Source: Macrostomum lignano (lineage: Eukaryota). From it: 64,000 nt of DNA. The notes under the pieces are model-generated. The model saw only the letters and a program-made list of their open reading frames with translations. It searched no databases and was not told the DNA's origin. The stretch lies in the NCBI GenBank assembly GCA_002269645.1, contig NIVC01001309.1, positions 124,001 to 188,000 on the forward strand. Direction: 5' to 3'. The translations under genes were made by a program, and so were the position numbers. How positions within the stretch are numbered: the first letter of the stretch is position 1; each line of letters starts with the position of its first letter. Of this stretch, positions 13,225 through 24,765 are shown one piece after another.

Positions 13225-14693
13225 GGGGATGGAGGGTATAGGGAGGGCATGGAGGGTATAGGGAGGGCATGGAGGGTATAGGGAGGGCATGGAGGGCATA
13301 GGGAGGGCATGGGGAGGGCATAGAAAGTATAAAGAAAGTATAAGGAAGTCATTGAAGGTTTAAGGAGAGCATGGAGGGTATAGACAGTACGGGGAGGGTA
13401 TAGGGAGGGCAACGGCGTGGAAGGTATAAAGAGAGTATAGAGAGGGCATGGAGAGTATAAGAAAAGTATAAGGAGGGCATAGAAGGTTTAAGGAGAGCAT
13501 GGAAGGTATAGGGAGGGCATGGAGGGTATAGAGAGGGCATAAAAGGTTAAAGGCAAGCATGGAGGGTATAGGGAGGGCACGGAGGGTATGGAGAATATAG
13601 AGAGGGCATGGAGGGTATAGGGAGGGCATGGAGGGTATAGGGAGGGCATGGAGAGTATAAGAAAAGTATAAGGAAGGCATTGAAGGTTTAAGGAGAGCAT
13701 GGAGGGTATAGAGAGGGCATAAAAGGTTCAGGCAAGCATGGAGGGTATAGGGAGGGCAGGGAGGGTATAGAGAGGGCATGGAGGGTATAGGGAGGTTATG
13801 GATGGTATGGAGGGTATAGGGAGGGCAAGGAGGGTATGGAGAGTATAGGGAAGGCACTGAGGTTATAGGGAGATTATGGAGGGTATAAGGAGGGTATAAA
13901 GAGGGCATGGAGGGTATAGGGAGGGTATAGGGAGGGCAAGGAGAGTATAAGGAGAGCATGGAGGGTATAGGGAGGGCATGGAGGGTATAGGGAGGTTATG
14001 GAGGGTATAGGGAGGGTATAGGGAGGGCAAGAGGGTATGGAGAGTATAGGGAGCGCATGGAGGGTATAGGGAGGGCATGGAGGGTATAGGGAGAGCATGG
14101 AGGGTATAGGGAGGGTATAGGGAGGGCAAGGAGGGTATAAGGAGAGCATGGAGGGTATAGGAAGGGCATGGAGGGTATAGGGAGGTTATGGAGGGTATAG
14201 GGAGGGTATAGGGAGGGCAAGAGGGTATGGAGAGTATAGGGAGCGCATAGAGGGTATAGGGAGGGCATGGAGGGTATAGGGAGAGCATGGAGGGTATAGG
14301 GAGGGTATAGGGAGGGCAAGGAGGGTATGGAGAGTATAGGGAGGGCATGGAGGGTATAGAGAGGGCATGGAGGGTATAGGGAGGTTATGGAGGGTATAGG
14401 GAGGGTATAGGAGGGCAAGAGGGTATGGAGAGTATAGGGAGCGCATAGAGGGTATAGGGAGGGCATGGAGGGTATAGGGAGAGCATGGAGGGTATAGGGA
14501 GGGTATAGGGAGGGCAAGGAGGGTATGGAGAGTATAGGGAGGGCATGGAGGGTATAGAGAGGGCATGGAGGGTATAGGGAGGTTATGGAGGGTATAGGGA
14601 GGGTATAGGGAGGGCAAGAGGGTATGGAGAGTATAGGGAGCGCATAGAGGGTATAGGGAGGGCATGGAGGGTATAGGGAGAGCATGGAGGGTA
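13225..14693. repeat. Purine-rich minisatellite, ~20-bp unit GGAGGGCATGGAGGGTATAG
   Basis: Direct tandem repetition with higher-order variants; source of the spurious PPYTLH ORFs. Confidence 0.95.
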
Positions 14694-15069
14694 GTAACAT
14701 TTTATATCAATAGTTAAAATAGATTTAGATAAAATTATTTTTTTCTAGAAAATAGAAATCAAGATACAAAACATTTTACTAAGCCAAGGCCAAGATAATT
14801 TAAGGGCAAAAAGCAAAAATTTCAATAAAAAAATTTTTGTCAACATGTCCTATTTTATAGGTCTAGTAGGCCTAACTTTTTCTTTAATGCTAGAACCAAA
14901 AATTGTTCTTTAAAAAAGCCTTTTTTATTGGATATATTTTAAATATCATAATTTTATTAATATTAAGGCCAAAGGGGCTAAGTATAGTTACTTTTATTTT
15001 AAAAGATATTTTAGTTAGGCCTAATTATCAATTATTATCCTTGGCTATAGTCATGGCCAGGCCATACCA

Positions 15070-15430
15070 TATATATGCGCAACTGCTAGCTGATCTGGCT
15101 GATTTGGCCACCCTTCTTATTGTGGGCTTGATATTTAAGATGTACGGCATATCTTTGAAAACTTGACTAGAGACTATAAATTATAGTAGACTAGGGATAA
15201 GTTGCAAAAATGCCCATCTGAAACTAAAAGTCAAAAGAAAACAGATATAGTACTAATTAGATGACAAGGCATTTAGCCTTAATAAGACAGTCATAGTTAG
15301 GCCGACTTTTAGTCATTTACCTAAAAGTGCATTAGTTTCTACTTTAGGGTTCTTTTCATAGGTAAGTTGCAATTTTGGTCAAAAAATAAATTCCATGGCC
15401 AGTGTAAATCAGGGGGGTTGCGCATGTATG
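15070..15430 (+). mobile_element. Second, heavily transition-mutated copy of the CATACATGCGCAAC MITE
   Basis: Ends tatatatgcgcaac ... gggggttgcgcatgtatg; internal blocks are colinear with 12152-12431. Confidence 0.85.
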
Positions 15431-17290
15431 CCTATGCCCATGCCCATGGCCATGGCCATGAATTAAAACAAAAGCTTATTTATTTTGTATACTTCATTGG
15501 TTAATGTGCTTCTATCATAGACATAGGGTAGGCCTATCAAGTTTGATCTTCTTTATTTTTCTATGGCCATATGGGTGGTTGTGCCTACCTAGGCCTATTA
15601 ATAAATAAATAGAAAAGCAAAGTATCTTAGTCATCTGCACCCACAGTCCACAGACCCATTCTTATTCCTCAATTTTCTGGATCCAAATCTGAATTGAAAT
15701 CAAGACAATAGCCTAGGTCTGGTCTGTGCGGCAGACTGGCAGTAAGCCTAACGATGATGATCTGATCTATTTTATTGATATTCTGACCATCTATCTATCT
15801 AGGCTAGGCCCTATCCATATCTGTATTTGAGGGATCGCAGTCCACGTCAGCCCAATTGAGTGAGTGACCTCCCCTGCAGCTGCAGTTATGATGCTGCTGC
15901 TCATGTTACTAATTTTTAAACCGCAGTAGTAAAATTAAGCATATACAAAATTGCTCTGTTGCAAGAATAATTAATTAACTATGCACAGTACAATTCAACT
16001 GTTTTTTTAAAACTGGATAGACAACAATACTTATTATTTCCAAATAGGCTACAATTTTGCATTTAAACAGCATTACTTTGTTTGTCATTGTGCTAGCAAC
16101 TCATACGACTATCCAGCATGCAGTAAGAGCAAACAGCATGCAGGATATGCATGTTTATCGTACCTAAAATTGTGCTGAATTCGCGTATAAACTGCTGACA
16201 CGGGTGGATTTTGAATATTGTAATTTCTTTAGAATTTCTTCGTTTTATATTGTATTTATATTATTTTCCACTCCTGTCCCTCATTCTGTAATTTTAGTAG
16301 TATATTGGTACATTATCTACTTATTTTGTTATTATTTAGTTTATATTCAAATTGGAAAGAGCGTCGCGCTGGGACGGTTGGACTGTCAACTCGGGCTACT
16401 GGGTCGTGAGTCACAACGTAGCTTAGCGTCTTAACACTTAATAACAGCATTCATTAGCATTAAATTTTAGCATTAGAGCCTTAGGATTATCCAATTCAGT
16501 ATTCTATTTCATTAGATCATTGGCGTTAATAAAAGCGCCCAACTAAGTAGTCACAGTTGCAGTCAGTCGTTCGGGTGCTCGCTTAATATAAGCATATTGA
16601 ACTTAACTACTTAGTCTTAACTTATTATTGCTCACTTCGATTTCAAATCTGATTGCCATACTTGTTATCGACTTTATTATTTTTAGAGAAAATAATTGGC
16701 GACCACACCTAGTTTTCTATATCCTACTACACAGTACACATACGAGCCCAATATTTTGAAAATTCAAACAAGACTCAAACCAAACCTCTTTCTTTACAGT
16801 AAGACCGGTCGTTTTTTCTTGTAAAACGCCACAACCGTTAAAATATCGCCTTTTTAATACAAAACAACAAACAAGAATGTTTTTCAATTAAAAATTGCTT
16901 TAATTTGCAGTGCACATGTATACGTACATTCGCTAGTTCTACATGTTACATTTCCTTAGCAGATCACACGCTACTATAAAAAAAAGTAAAGAAAATAAGG
17001 TTACAAGTATGTCACTACTATAACTCGTGTTTATTAGAACGCGGCAATTCCCTTCTACATGTACAGTATATATAGGAAGTAGATATACACAAATAGATAT
17101 ACAGATTTACACTTGATTAATATTTTTTGGCTCGCATGTACATGTATGTAATCAGTTGTAAATGATCGTGATCTGATAATAGCCGTATAAACGAAAAAAC
17201 AAATTGGTCCAGCTCAGTGCCAGCGCAGGCCGTCTATAGAAAAGAATTGAACGAAAGACAGATGAAAACATCTACATTATTCGTTGTTCT

Positions 17291-18787
17291 TCAAATCTCA
17301 GAAACCCTTTTTGCAGCCACAGCAGCCACCGCCTCTTTCAGCGCTTCGTCCGATAGCAGCCGCCAGTCGCCGCAGTCCAGCAGCCAACGGCAAGCGGTGA
17401 TGTGCCCGACCGACAGAAGCGGCAGCAGCCGCGCCGCCTCCACAGCGTCTGCTGGACAGCGGGCCGTCAGCGCGTCGCTAAACGCCTCCGCCATCGCTGC
17501 CGTCTCCAAGGACGCCTCCAGCGAGTCCCCGCGGAGGTCGGCGTCCCATCCGGTCACCGCGGCCGGGCCCTCTCTGATGCAGCTCGCCGCCGCGCAGTCG
17601 TCGCCGACGTCGAGTCGCGACTGCCAGCCGTCGTCGTCACCCGCGTCGTCGTCGTCGGCGTGGAGGGCACGGAGCTGCCCGGTGCGCCGCAGCCACCGCG
17701 CCACGCGCCAAGCGCCGCTGCGCACAACGTCGGCCGCGTCAACGTTGCAGGCGGCCTCCCGCGGTAGCCGCAGCTCCACCGCTAACAGCGACAGCAGGCG
17801 AACCGCAGCCAGCGAGTCCCACCGAGCCGCTGCCTGCACCGGCGTCCGCCAGCCGCCGTCCGGCATCGTCAGGGCGGCCCGCAGCCCCGACACCGACGCC
17901 CTGCCGTCTCGCAGCAGCCGCAGTAGCCGGGCGACCACCGCCGCAGCCACCGACGGCTCGGCGGCAGCGCAGTAGTGCAGCAGGTTGCGTCCTCCGCTGT
18001 CGTAGTGCCGGTGCGCCTGCGACGGATCCAGCGACAGCAGCCGCTCGGCGAGGTCGGCGTGGCCTCTCAGAACCGACAGCATCAGCGCCGACTGCAGGGC
18101 GCCGTTCCGCAGCTCCGTCATGGGGAGGCGGAGCCGCTCGCTCGGGATGGGGTGCCGCGAGTCGGCTGTTTCCATGGCAACCGGTGCTGATGAGTCTGTT
18201 TTCATTGCAACCGTGTCTGTTGTTGGTGCTGTTTCCATGGCAACCGGCTCTGCTGAGGCTGTTTCCATAGCAACCGGTTCTGCTGAGGCTGTTTCCATTG
18301 CAACCGGTTCTTCTGTTGGTGCTGTTTCCTTAGCTACCCGATCTGTTGGCGTCGTTTCATTAATAGCATTCGAAGCCGGATCTGTTGTTGCTGTTTTCGT
18401 GGCAACCAAATGATGTGTTGATTCTGTTTTCATGGCAATTGGCTGTGTTGTTGCTGTTTCCTCAGCAACCGGATTTCTTACAAAAGTTTCCATGGCAACG
18501 AAGCCTTTAGACATTGTTTCCCCTGCAACTGGGACTGTTGAAATGGAATTCACGGGGGCAGCTTCCATTTGAAGTGACACAAATCGTTTAGACTTGAGAC
18601 GTGGCGTAGCATTTGATGCGCTCGAAGACTTTCTCTTCGATCTGATTGCATTGTTGCTTTGCTGCTGTTGCTGAAAGTCAAAAGCTTTCGAAGCACCTTC
18701 GGTGGTTAGTCGATGCTGAATCCTCAGTGCTTGAGTTTTCTTCAACTCTGCAACGTCGTCGATGACCTTGCGTACTCCGACTCCCAT
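17291..18787 (-). CDS. Ankyrin-repeat-like protein with PVAMET-repeat linker
   Basis: 498-aa GC-rich ORF; ANK-like segments GGRNLLHYCAAA, GWRTPVQAAARWDSLAAVRLL, LSVLRGHADLAERLL; tandem (P)VAMET repeats at 18168-18529. Confidence 0.7.
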   Translation of the reverse strand: MGVGVRKVIDDVAELKKTQALRIQHRLTTEGASKAFDFQQQQQSNNAIRSKRKSSSASNATPRLKSKRFVSLQMEAAPVNSISTVPVAGETMSKGFVAMETFVRNPVAEETATTQPIAMKTESTHHLVATKTATTDPASNAINETTPTDRVAKETAPTEEPVAMETASAEPVAMETASAEPVAMETAPTTDTVAMKTDSSAPVAMETADSRHPIPSERLRLPMTELRNGALQSALMLSVLRGHADLAERLLSLDPSQAHRHYDSGGRNLLHYCAAAEPSVAAAVVARLLRLLRDGRASVSGLRAALTMPDGGWRTPVQAAARWDSLAAVRLLSLLAVELRLPREAACNVDAADVVRSGAWRVARWLRRTGQLRALHADDDDAGDDDGWQSRLDVGDDCAAASCIREGPAAVTGWDADLRGDSLEASLETAAMAEAFSDALTARCPADAVEAARLLPLLSVGHITACRWLLDCGDWRLLSDEALKEAVAAVAAKRVSEI

Positions 18788-19399
18788 GCTTGTTTCAGAA
18801 TGAACACTTGCAATTGTATCAGGGTCTTCGTTTAAAGAGTGCTGTTGCGTTCTTTGGCGCGAGTACGAGCGTTATTTATACATTCAAGGTCGATGTCACA
18901 ACTCAAAAAGAAAGAATCCAGTTTAGCCAGTTTGGAAAATTCTTTTCCACGGAATTTCCGCGGCTATTTTCTGTCTCGTTTGAACGCGCACAACTACTAG
19001 TACGTTTATTTGCGTATGATTGTCGTTTGATACTCGTACATGTATGCTATTTTTAGCTGCTGTACATTATTGCAGGGAATCCATCTTTAGACCTGCAAAG
19101 CGGCTGACTAATGTGTTGCGAGCTCTGAGTGATAGCTCGTACTAAATTGCACCTAATTTAGGGGTTCAATAAGTTTTTTTTACGTTTATTTCAGACACAA
19201 CTAATTGCGAAATCATGTAATTTGAAGAAAAATGAATGATTAAATGACAAAATAATTTATATTCCACTTGCATTACAGGAAATCACCTAGTTAGTTGCAT
19301 ATGGATACTTGTACACCAAGAAGTGAATAATAAGTTGTGCCCGCAAAATATTCTACACGAAATAATCTCAAAGCAATCTCAATAAATAAATTGGCTTCA

Positions 19400-20330
19400 G
19401 AAGTCACCGGCAATCATCCAGTAAATTCACAAATCAGTGCCAATCATCCAGTGACTTCACAAGTCAGTGCCAATCATCAAGTGACTTCACAAATCAGCGG
19501 ATACTGGCAATCATCAAGTGACTTTTCAAGTCACCGGCAATCATCAAGTGACTTTTCAAGTCACCGGCAATCATCAAGTGACTTTTCAAGTCACCGGCAA
19601 TCATCAAGTGACTTTTCAAGTCACCGGCAATCATCAAGTGACTTTTCAAGTCACCGGCAATCATCAAGTGACTTTTCAAGTCACCGGCAATCATCAAGTG
19701 ACTTTTCAAGTCACCGGCAATCATCAAGTGACTTTTCAAGTCACCGGCAATCATCAAGTGACTTTTCAAGTCACCGGCAATCATCAAGTGACTTTTCAAG
19801 TCACCGGCAATCATCAAGTGACTTTTCAAGTCACCGGCAATCATCAAGTGACTTTTCAAGTCACCGGCAATCATCAAGTGACTTTTCAAGTCACCGGCAA
19901 TCATCAAGTGACTTTTCAAGTCACCGGCAATCATCAAGTGACTTTCAAGTCACCGGCAATCATCAAGTGACTTTCAAGTCACCGGCAATCATCAAGTGAC
20001 TTTTCAAGTCACCGGCAATCATCAAGTGACTTTCAAGTCACCGGCAATCATCAAGTGACTTTTCAAGTCACCGGCAATCATCAAGTGACTTTTCAAGTCA
20101 CCGGCAATCATCAAGTGACTTTCAAGTCACCGGCAATCATCAAGTGACTTTCAAGTCACCGGCAATCATCAAGTGACTTTCAAGTCACCGGCAATCATCA
20201 AGTGACTTTTCAAGTCACCGGCAATCATCAAGTGACTTTCAAGTCACCGGCAATCATCAAGTGACTTTTCAAGTCACCGGCAATCATCAAGTGACTTTCA
20301 AGTCACCGGCAATCATCAAGTGACTTTTCA
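19400..20330. repeat. 30-bp satellite TCAAGTGACTTTTCAAGTCACCGGCAATCA (~30 copies, 29-bp variants later)
   Basis: Near-identical tandem units with no spacers; internal inverted repeat GTGACT-tttca-AGTCAC. Confidence 0.97.
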
Positions 20331-20349
20331 GATCACTGGAATCTACTAT

Positions 20350-20750
20350 AAAAAGCTTGATGAACTTTGGCGTCTCACAGGCGTTGGTTTAAAGAATTGC
20401 CTCAAGATCGCAAAGGCCGTCACCTGGGCGATGCTGCTCTATGAGTGCGAGAGCTGGACTCTGGGGAAGAAAAGTGTGGAGACACTCAAAGCGTTTGAAA
20501 TGAAATGTTACAGAATAATGCTAAGGGTTTCATGGAAAGAGAAAAAGACAATGCCTGGGTTTGGAGGAAAGTGAAGGAGGTTTTGGGAAAGGAACCAGAA
20601 TCTGTGGTGGAGATCATTAAGCGGAGAAACCTCAAATATTAACGGACATCGGAGGAGATTTGAGGAATATTCGAGGAAGGAAGCCATGGCAAATGTCTGC
20701 ACTTCTCAATGAGAAATGGAAGGTGAAAGAAGAAGAATAAGGCATCGACC
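20350..20750 (+). mobile_element. RTE-type LINE C-terminal fragment
   Basis: KAVTWAMLLYECESWTLGKKSVETLKAFEMKCYRIMLRVSW matches the RTE-family YGxESWT...AFEMxCYR motif. Confidence 0.75.
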
Positions 20751-21011
20751 GCCCGAAAAGCATGTCCTGTATGGCGTCTGATAATGACTGTCTGCTGACA
20801 GATGCTGATTGAGGGGCTATTGAACGCTCAATAACTCACATGGCAATTACAAGATAAAAAATTGTTGCCAAGCGTCTAAAATATCGCTTCCAATCAGCCG
20901 AAGAAGTCCACAGTCGGCGGCCAACGGTTAAGCGCGGAGGTCATTAGCAAGCAAGACCTGGATCAGGAGTCCATCGCAGGTGACGGTAAATCCAGCCAAT
21001 TTTTTATTAGC

Positions 21012-21180
21012 TAGAGGCAGGGGGGTTGTGTGCACCCTGGCACACTTTAAGCGACATTGTCACACAACCGGCGAGAGGCATTACTGCCCATTCCGCCGAC
21101 TCCCCTGAGCAGGCATACAAGCGCGCGGATACGTACGCAGGCACACACACAAGAGTGTACAGCGGCCCTAACTTTATATT
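21012..21180 (+). repeat. Dispersed repeat; inverted copy at ~30030-30210
   Basis: agcgacattgtcacacaaccggcgagaggcatt..ccattccgccgactcccctga..gcgcgcggatacgtacgcag..ggccctaactttat is the reverse complement of 30030-30210. Confidence 0.75.
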
Positions 21181-21287
21181 ATCGTTAGGCATGTACACTT
21201 CACTGTGCCTTGGGGGGTTGGCTCTCAAGGCCGTTAATTGCACGAGCAGAGCCAAGCCGAGATTCCAATTCAGCCCCAAATTAATGT

Positions 21288-21358
21288 GACTGCACTTGGA
21301 ATCGAGCCTGGGTCGCTGGCACACCAGAGCAGCTGCGCTACCGCTGGGCTACGGCCCC
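21288..21358 (-). mobile_element. tRNA-derived SINE head or tRNA pseudogene
   Basis: Reverse strand GGGGCCGTAGCCCAGCGG (A box) ... GGCTCGATTCC (B box-like); no convincing anticodon arm. Confidence 0.45.
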
Positions 21359-21880
21359 CTAAAGCCAGCCTAGCTATAGCCAGCCTCTCGCCTATATATC
21401 GAAGACCAAAGTGGCTGAATGAGGACACCAAAAAGAAAAAAAACGGCCAACTCCAAAAGTCCGACACCCGCGTGCAAAAAGAGGCTACAGAGACTTCGTC
21501 GCTATAGCAGGCACGAGGCAAAGATTCTTCAATCAAGCCTGCTGCCCTACCAGCAAAAGCCGGGTTGCGTGTGACGTACGTCAGCTGGAGAAAACTGGAA
21601 GATTTCGTTAAGCACTGGTTCCGAAGCTCGTCTTCCCACAGCGAATCTGTCGCGAAAAATCGGATATACGAGCTATTTTCAAAATCTTCGTTTCATCAAA
21701 TCAATGTCTTCAATCGAACAAGATTTTTAGCTATATTATAGTAGGAAAAATATAGTAGGAATAAAAGCGACCTGCACTACTGGTAAAGATCAGGCGAGTA
21801 GAAAGCTGCGTACATACCGGGGGAAATTCTGGTGCCAGCTGCTGTTTGTGGACTTGACTTCTTTTTACACACACACAGAG

Positions 21881-22876
21881 TTAGTAAGAACTGTTCCAGT
21901 GTTGTACAGGTGACAGTAGACGCCGCCTGAAGAAAATGTTGGGGTAGTGCTGGTACACTCCGTTCAGATTTATAAACGTGCAATACCCAAACCACCATCC
22001 AGCTGAGTACTGATGAGAGCAGCTGCCAGAACCGAAGCCGTCATTGTCGGAGTCCAGAGTGCTGAATTGCTTGTTGTTCGGAGACAATTGCAGCTCAGTC
22101 CGCTGTCCGACACGCTCGACCTGCTCGCGTCCAGAGGTCCCATCGAGCACCTGTACTTGTCGCTCGCTGGACCAACAGAGAACGGAGCATTCTCAGCCCA
22201 GTACCAGGTGCCGTTCCAGTCGCTGAACTCCCAGCGGACTCTCCACACTCCAGTGGCGGTGAGCTGGTGGAGCTGCTCCAGTCCCATCCAGTAGTTGAGA
22301 CTCTCGCCCTGACCGAATCCGCTCGCGTAGTCCGCCCAGTTTCGGTTGAAGCTGACGGAGCCGTCGACTCTGTGCTGGAAGGTCGTCCAGCACTTCACCG
22401 GCTTTCTCATCTGCAATTTGGTGCTGCATTTTGTTTACGCATATTGATGCGGTGCTGCATTTCGTGCACGCATATTGATGCGGTGCTGCATTTCGTGCAC
22501 GCATATTGATGCGGTGCTGCATTTCATGCACGCATATTGATGCGGTGCTGCATTTCGTGCACGCATATTGATGCGGTGCTGCATTTTCATGCACGCATAT
22601 TGATGCGGTGCTGCAAAGTGCAGTGCAGAAGCCACAAAGCAAAGCCCAGCTCACTCACCCACAGTTGAGACAGGCTGCGGCGTCTATCGCTCCCCGATCG
22701 CAGGCCAGCAGCGAGCAGGAGCCCGAGGCCGCGTTCTTAGCAATCATCGTACAGTGAATATCGCTGATGGCCAGCTTCATCGCCAGCACTCGGTACTCGG
22801 CGAGGTCACCTCACTGGAGCTCCCAGCCGGAGTCTGCGGCCACAGCAGTCACCATGACAGCAGAGAATGAATGCAT
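21881..22876 (-). pseudogene. Fibrinogen-related domain (FReD) gene, disrupted
   Basis: WTTFQHRVDGSVSFNRNWADYASGFG..YWMGLEQLHQLT..FSTLDSDND..C...SAGWWFGYCTFINLNGVY; frameshift near 22090. A tentative upstream exon at 22659-22876 has a signal-like N-terminus, a Cys-rich segment and an in-frame TGA at 22811-22813. Confidence 0.85.
22420..22615. repeat. 31-bp minisatellite (~6 copies) in FReD intron
   Basis: Unit atattgatgcggtgctgcatttcgtgcacgc. Confidence 0.9.
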
Positions 22877-23270
22877 GGCGTTACTGGACAAGAAACTTCT
22901 TCAGATTGATATGAACTTGGAACTGCTTGTTCTTTCGGTTTTCTGCAGCAAAGATAGATATGCGTTTTGAGCCTCACGGATAGCACCGTTTTATATCAAA
23001 ACTGCCCAGTGCCGTGTCGCCTACCAGCATTTTTGAGCGTGCATTCCGTAATTGACCAAGACAGGCAGTTTACCAATCTATTATCTTGAGTAGCTTGCCC
23101 CGTTAGGAATCCGGATTTTCAAGATCTGTCAACAGGAATATGAGATACTTCCAGGATCAGAGAGCAGTTGGCGATTTATTTACTATATTTTTATTACATC
23201 ATGCGCAACTGAAGCAGAAAGAATCTGCATTCGATTTTTTAAGAAATGAGCTGCATGTGGAGGCCGTTAA

Positions 23271-23378
23271 GTTAAGTGTCTTGCGCTCAAGGACACAAAT
23301 TTTTTCAGTAGGATCGGAAATCGAACCCCGACCTTCAAGTCATGAGTTCGACGCTCTAACCACTAGGCTACAACCCCC
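23271..23378 (-). mobile_element. tRNA-derived CORE-like SINE
   Basis: Reverse strand ggggttgtagcctagtggttagagcg (A box), ggggttcgatttcc (B box), then gtgtccttgagcgcaagacacttaac (CORE-like). Confidence 0.6.
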
Positions 23379-24289
23379 CTAGCAGTTCTCTGCAGTTGCT
23401 AAGGAACTGCGTGCATGAAAAGAATTGATTTTGAATGATCAATTTGAGAAATTGACGAGCGAACGAACAGAGACACAAACTCCCCTTGAGCAGCCTTGAG
23501 AAATGTCTTGAACGAGTCTAACAGTCTAGATGGAGCTGAGATCAGTCTCCTTTTTGGTGTTTCAATTTTTTTTACGAACAAACACAGGGACCTAATTGTC
23601 TTAGCATACAATATTTTTGCTAGAATAAATATATAACAAAGGAGACTTTCTAACTCCAGATTTTATACCGAGAGCACCTTGAATCGCATACAACAGTTTG
23701 GGGCAGTAGCTAATGCCCTTTTATGCCAATTAACCAAAGTGGATTTTGATTCCAAAGTGGAGGAAGCGGTTTATAAATTGACTGCAGGTGATACAGGTAC
23801 GTGTGACCTTAGCCCAGCAGGATATTGTGTATAAACAGCCTTACCGGATCAAAGCAGCTGTTGTTGCAGTTTATTAATTAAATAGGCCAAAGTTCCTGAT
23901 GACCGAGATGTGTTTTTGTTCAATAAATACTGCTGAATAATAAATAAATGAATAGGCAAACTTCTACATGCCAGACAAGCGCAAAATATGAAACATTTTT
24001 GGAATATGCAAAAAGCACAGTAATGAATCATGCAAAATTGCTGTTTTCTTTACATGAAACTCGATTGCTTATCTGCCTTAACGACTGCCCCACCGATTGC
24101 CCCACCGGTTGCCCCACTAGTTGCTCCACCGGTTGTCCTACTAGTTGCTTCACCAGTTTTCCCACTAGTTGCTTTATCGGTTGTCCCACTAGTTGCCCCA
24201 ACGGTTGAAATATTTCAAGCTAAAATTAAGCCGTTAAATATTTAGCCAGTCAGTCAGTCACAGGCTTCAGTGTGTGCTGCTCTATGGCA

Positions 24290-24765
24290 ATTTGCCATGG
24301 AAACAGTCCCAGCAAAACCGGTTGCTATGGAAACAGCGCCAAAAACAAACTCGGTTGCCATGTAAACAGCGCCAACAACAAACTCGGTTGCCATGGAAAC
24401 AGACTCATCAGCACCGGTTGCCATTGAAACAGCCGACTCGCGGCACCCCATCCCCAGCGATCGGCTCCGCCTCCCCGTGACGGAGCTGCGGAACGGCGCC
24501 CTGCAGTCGGCGCTGATGCTATCAGTGTTGAGTGGCCGTGCCGACCTCGCCGAGCGGCTGCTGTCGCTGGATCCGTCGCAGGTGCAGCGGTACTACGACA
24601 GCGGAGGGCGCAACCTGAGCCATCAGTGGCTGCGGCGGTGGTCGCCCGGCTACTGCGGCTGCTACAAGACAGCCGGACATTGGTGGCGGGGCTGCGGGCC
24701 TCCCTGACGATGCCGGACGGCGGCTGGCGAACGCCGGTGCAGGCGACGGTTCGACGGGACTCTCG
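24290..24765 (+). pseudogene. Inverted partial duplicate of the ankyrin ORF (17860-18300)
   Basis: METDSSAPVAIETADSRHPIPSDRLRLPVTELRNGALQSALMLSVLSGRADLAERLLSLDPSQ is nearly identical to the minus-strand ORF; an ~22-nt deletion after GGRNL shifts frame. Confidence 0.85.

Noticed and set aside
13136-14700. Pro/Tyr-rich ORFs (PPYTLH...)
   Set aside because: Translations of a minisatellite in several overlapping frames.
18790-19056. 88-aa ORF divergent from the ankyrin gene
   Set aside because: AT-rich with no recognisable motif; probably promoter or UTR sequence.
19337-20330. CRISPR array, or the long SSDFSSHRQ / MIAGDLKSHL ORFs
   Set aside because: Units are contiguous with no unique spacers and no cas genes; the ORFs are by-products of a 30-bp period.
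21288-21358. Functional tRNA gene (also 23271-23378 and 48335-48518)
   Set aside because: A/B boxes are present but there is no complete cloverleaf; two are followed by a SINE CORE-like block.
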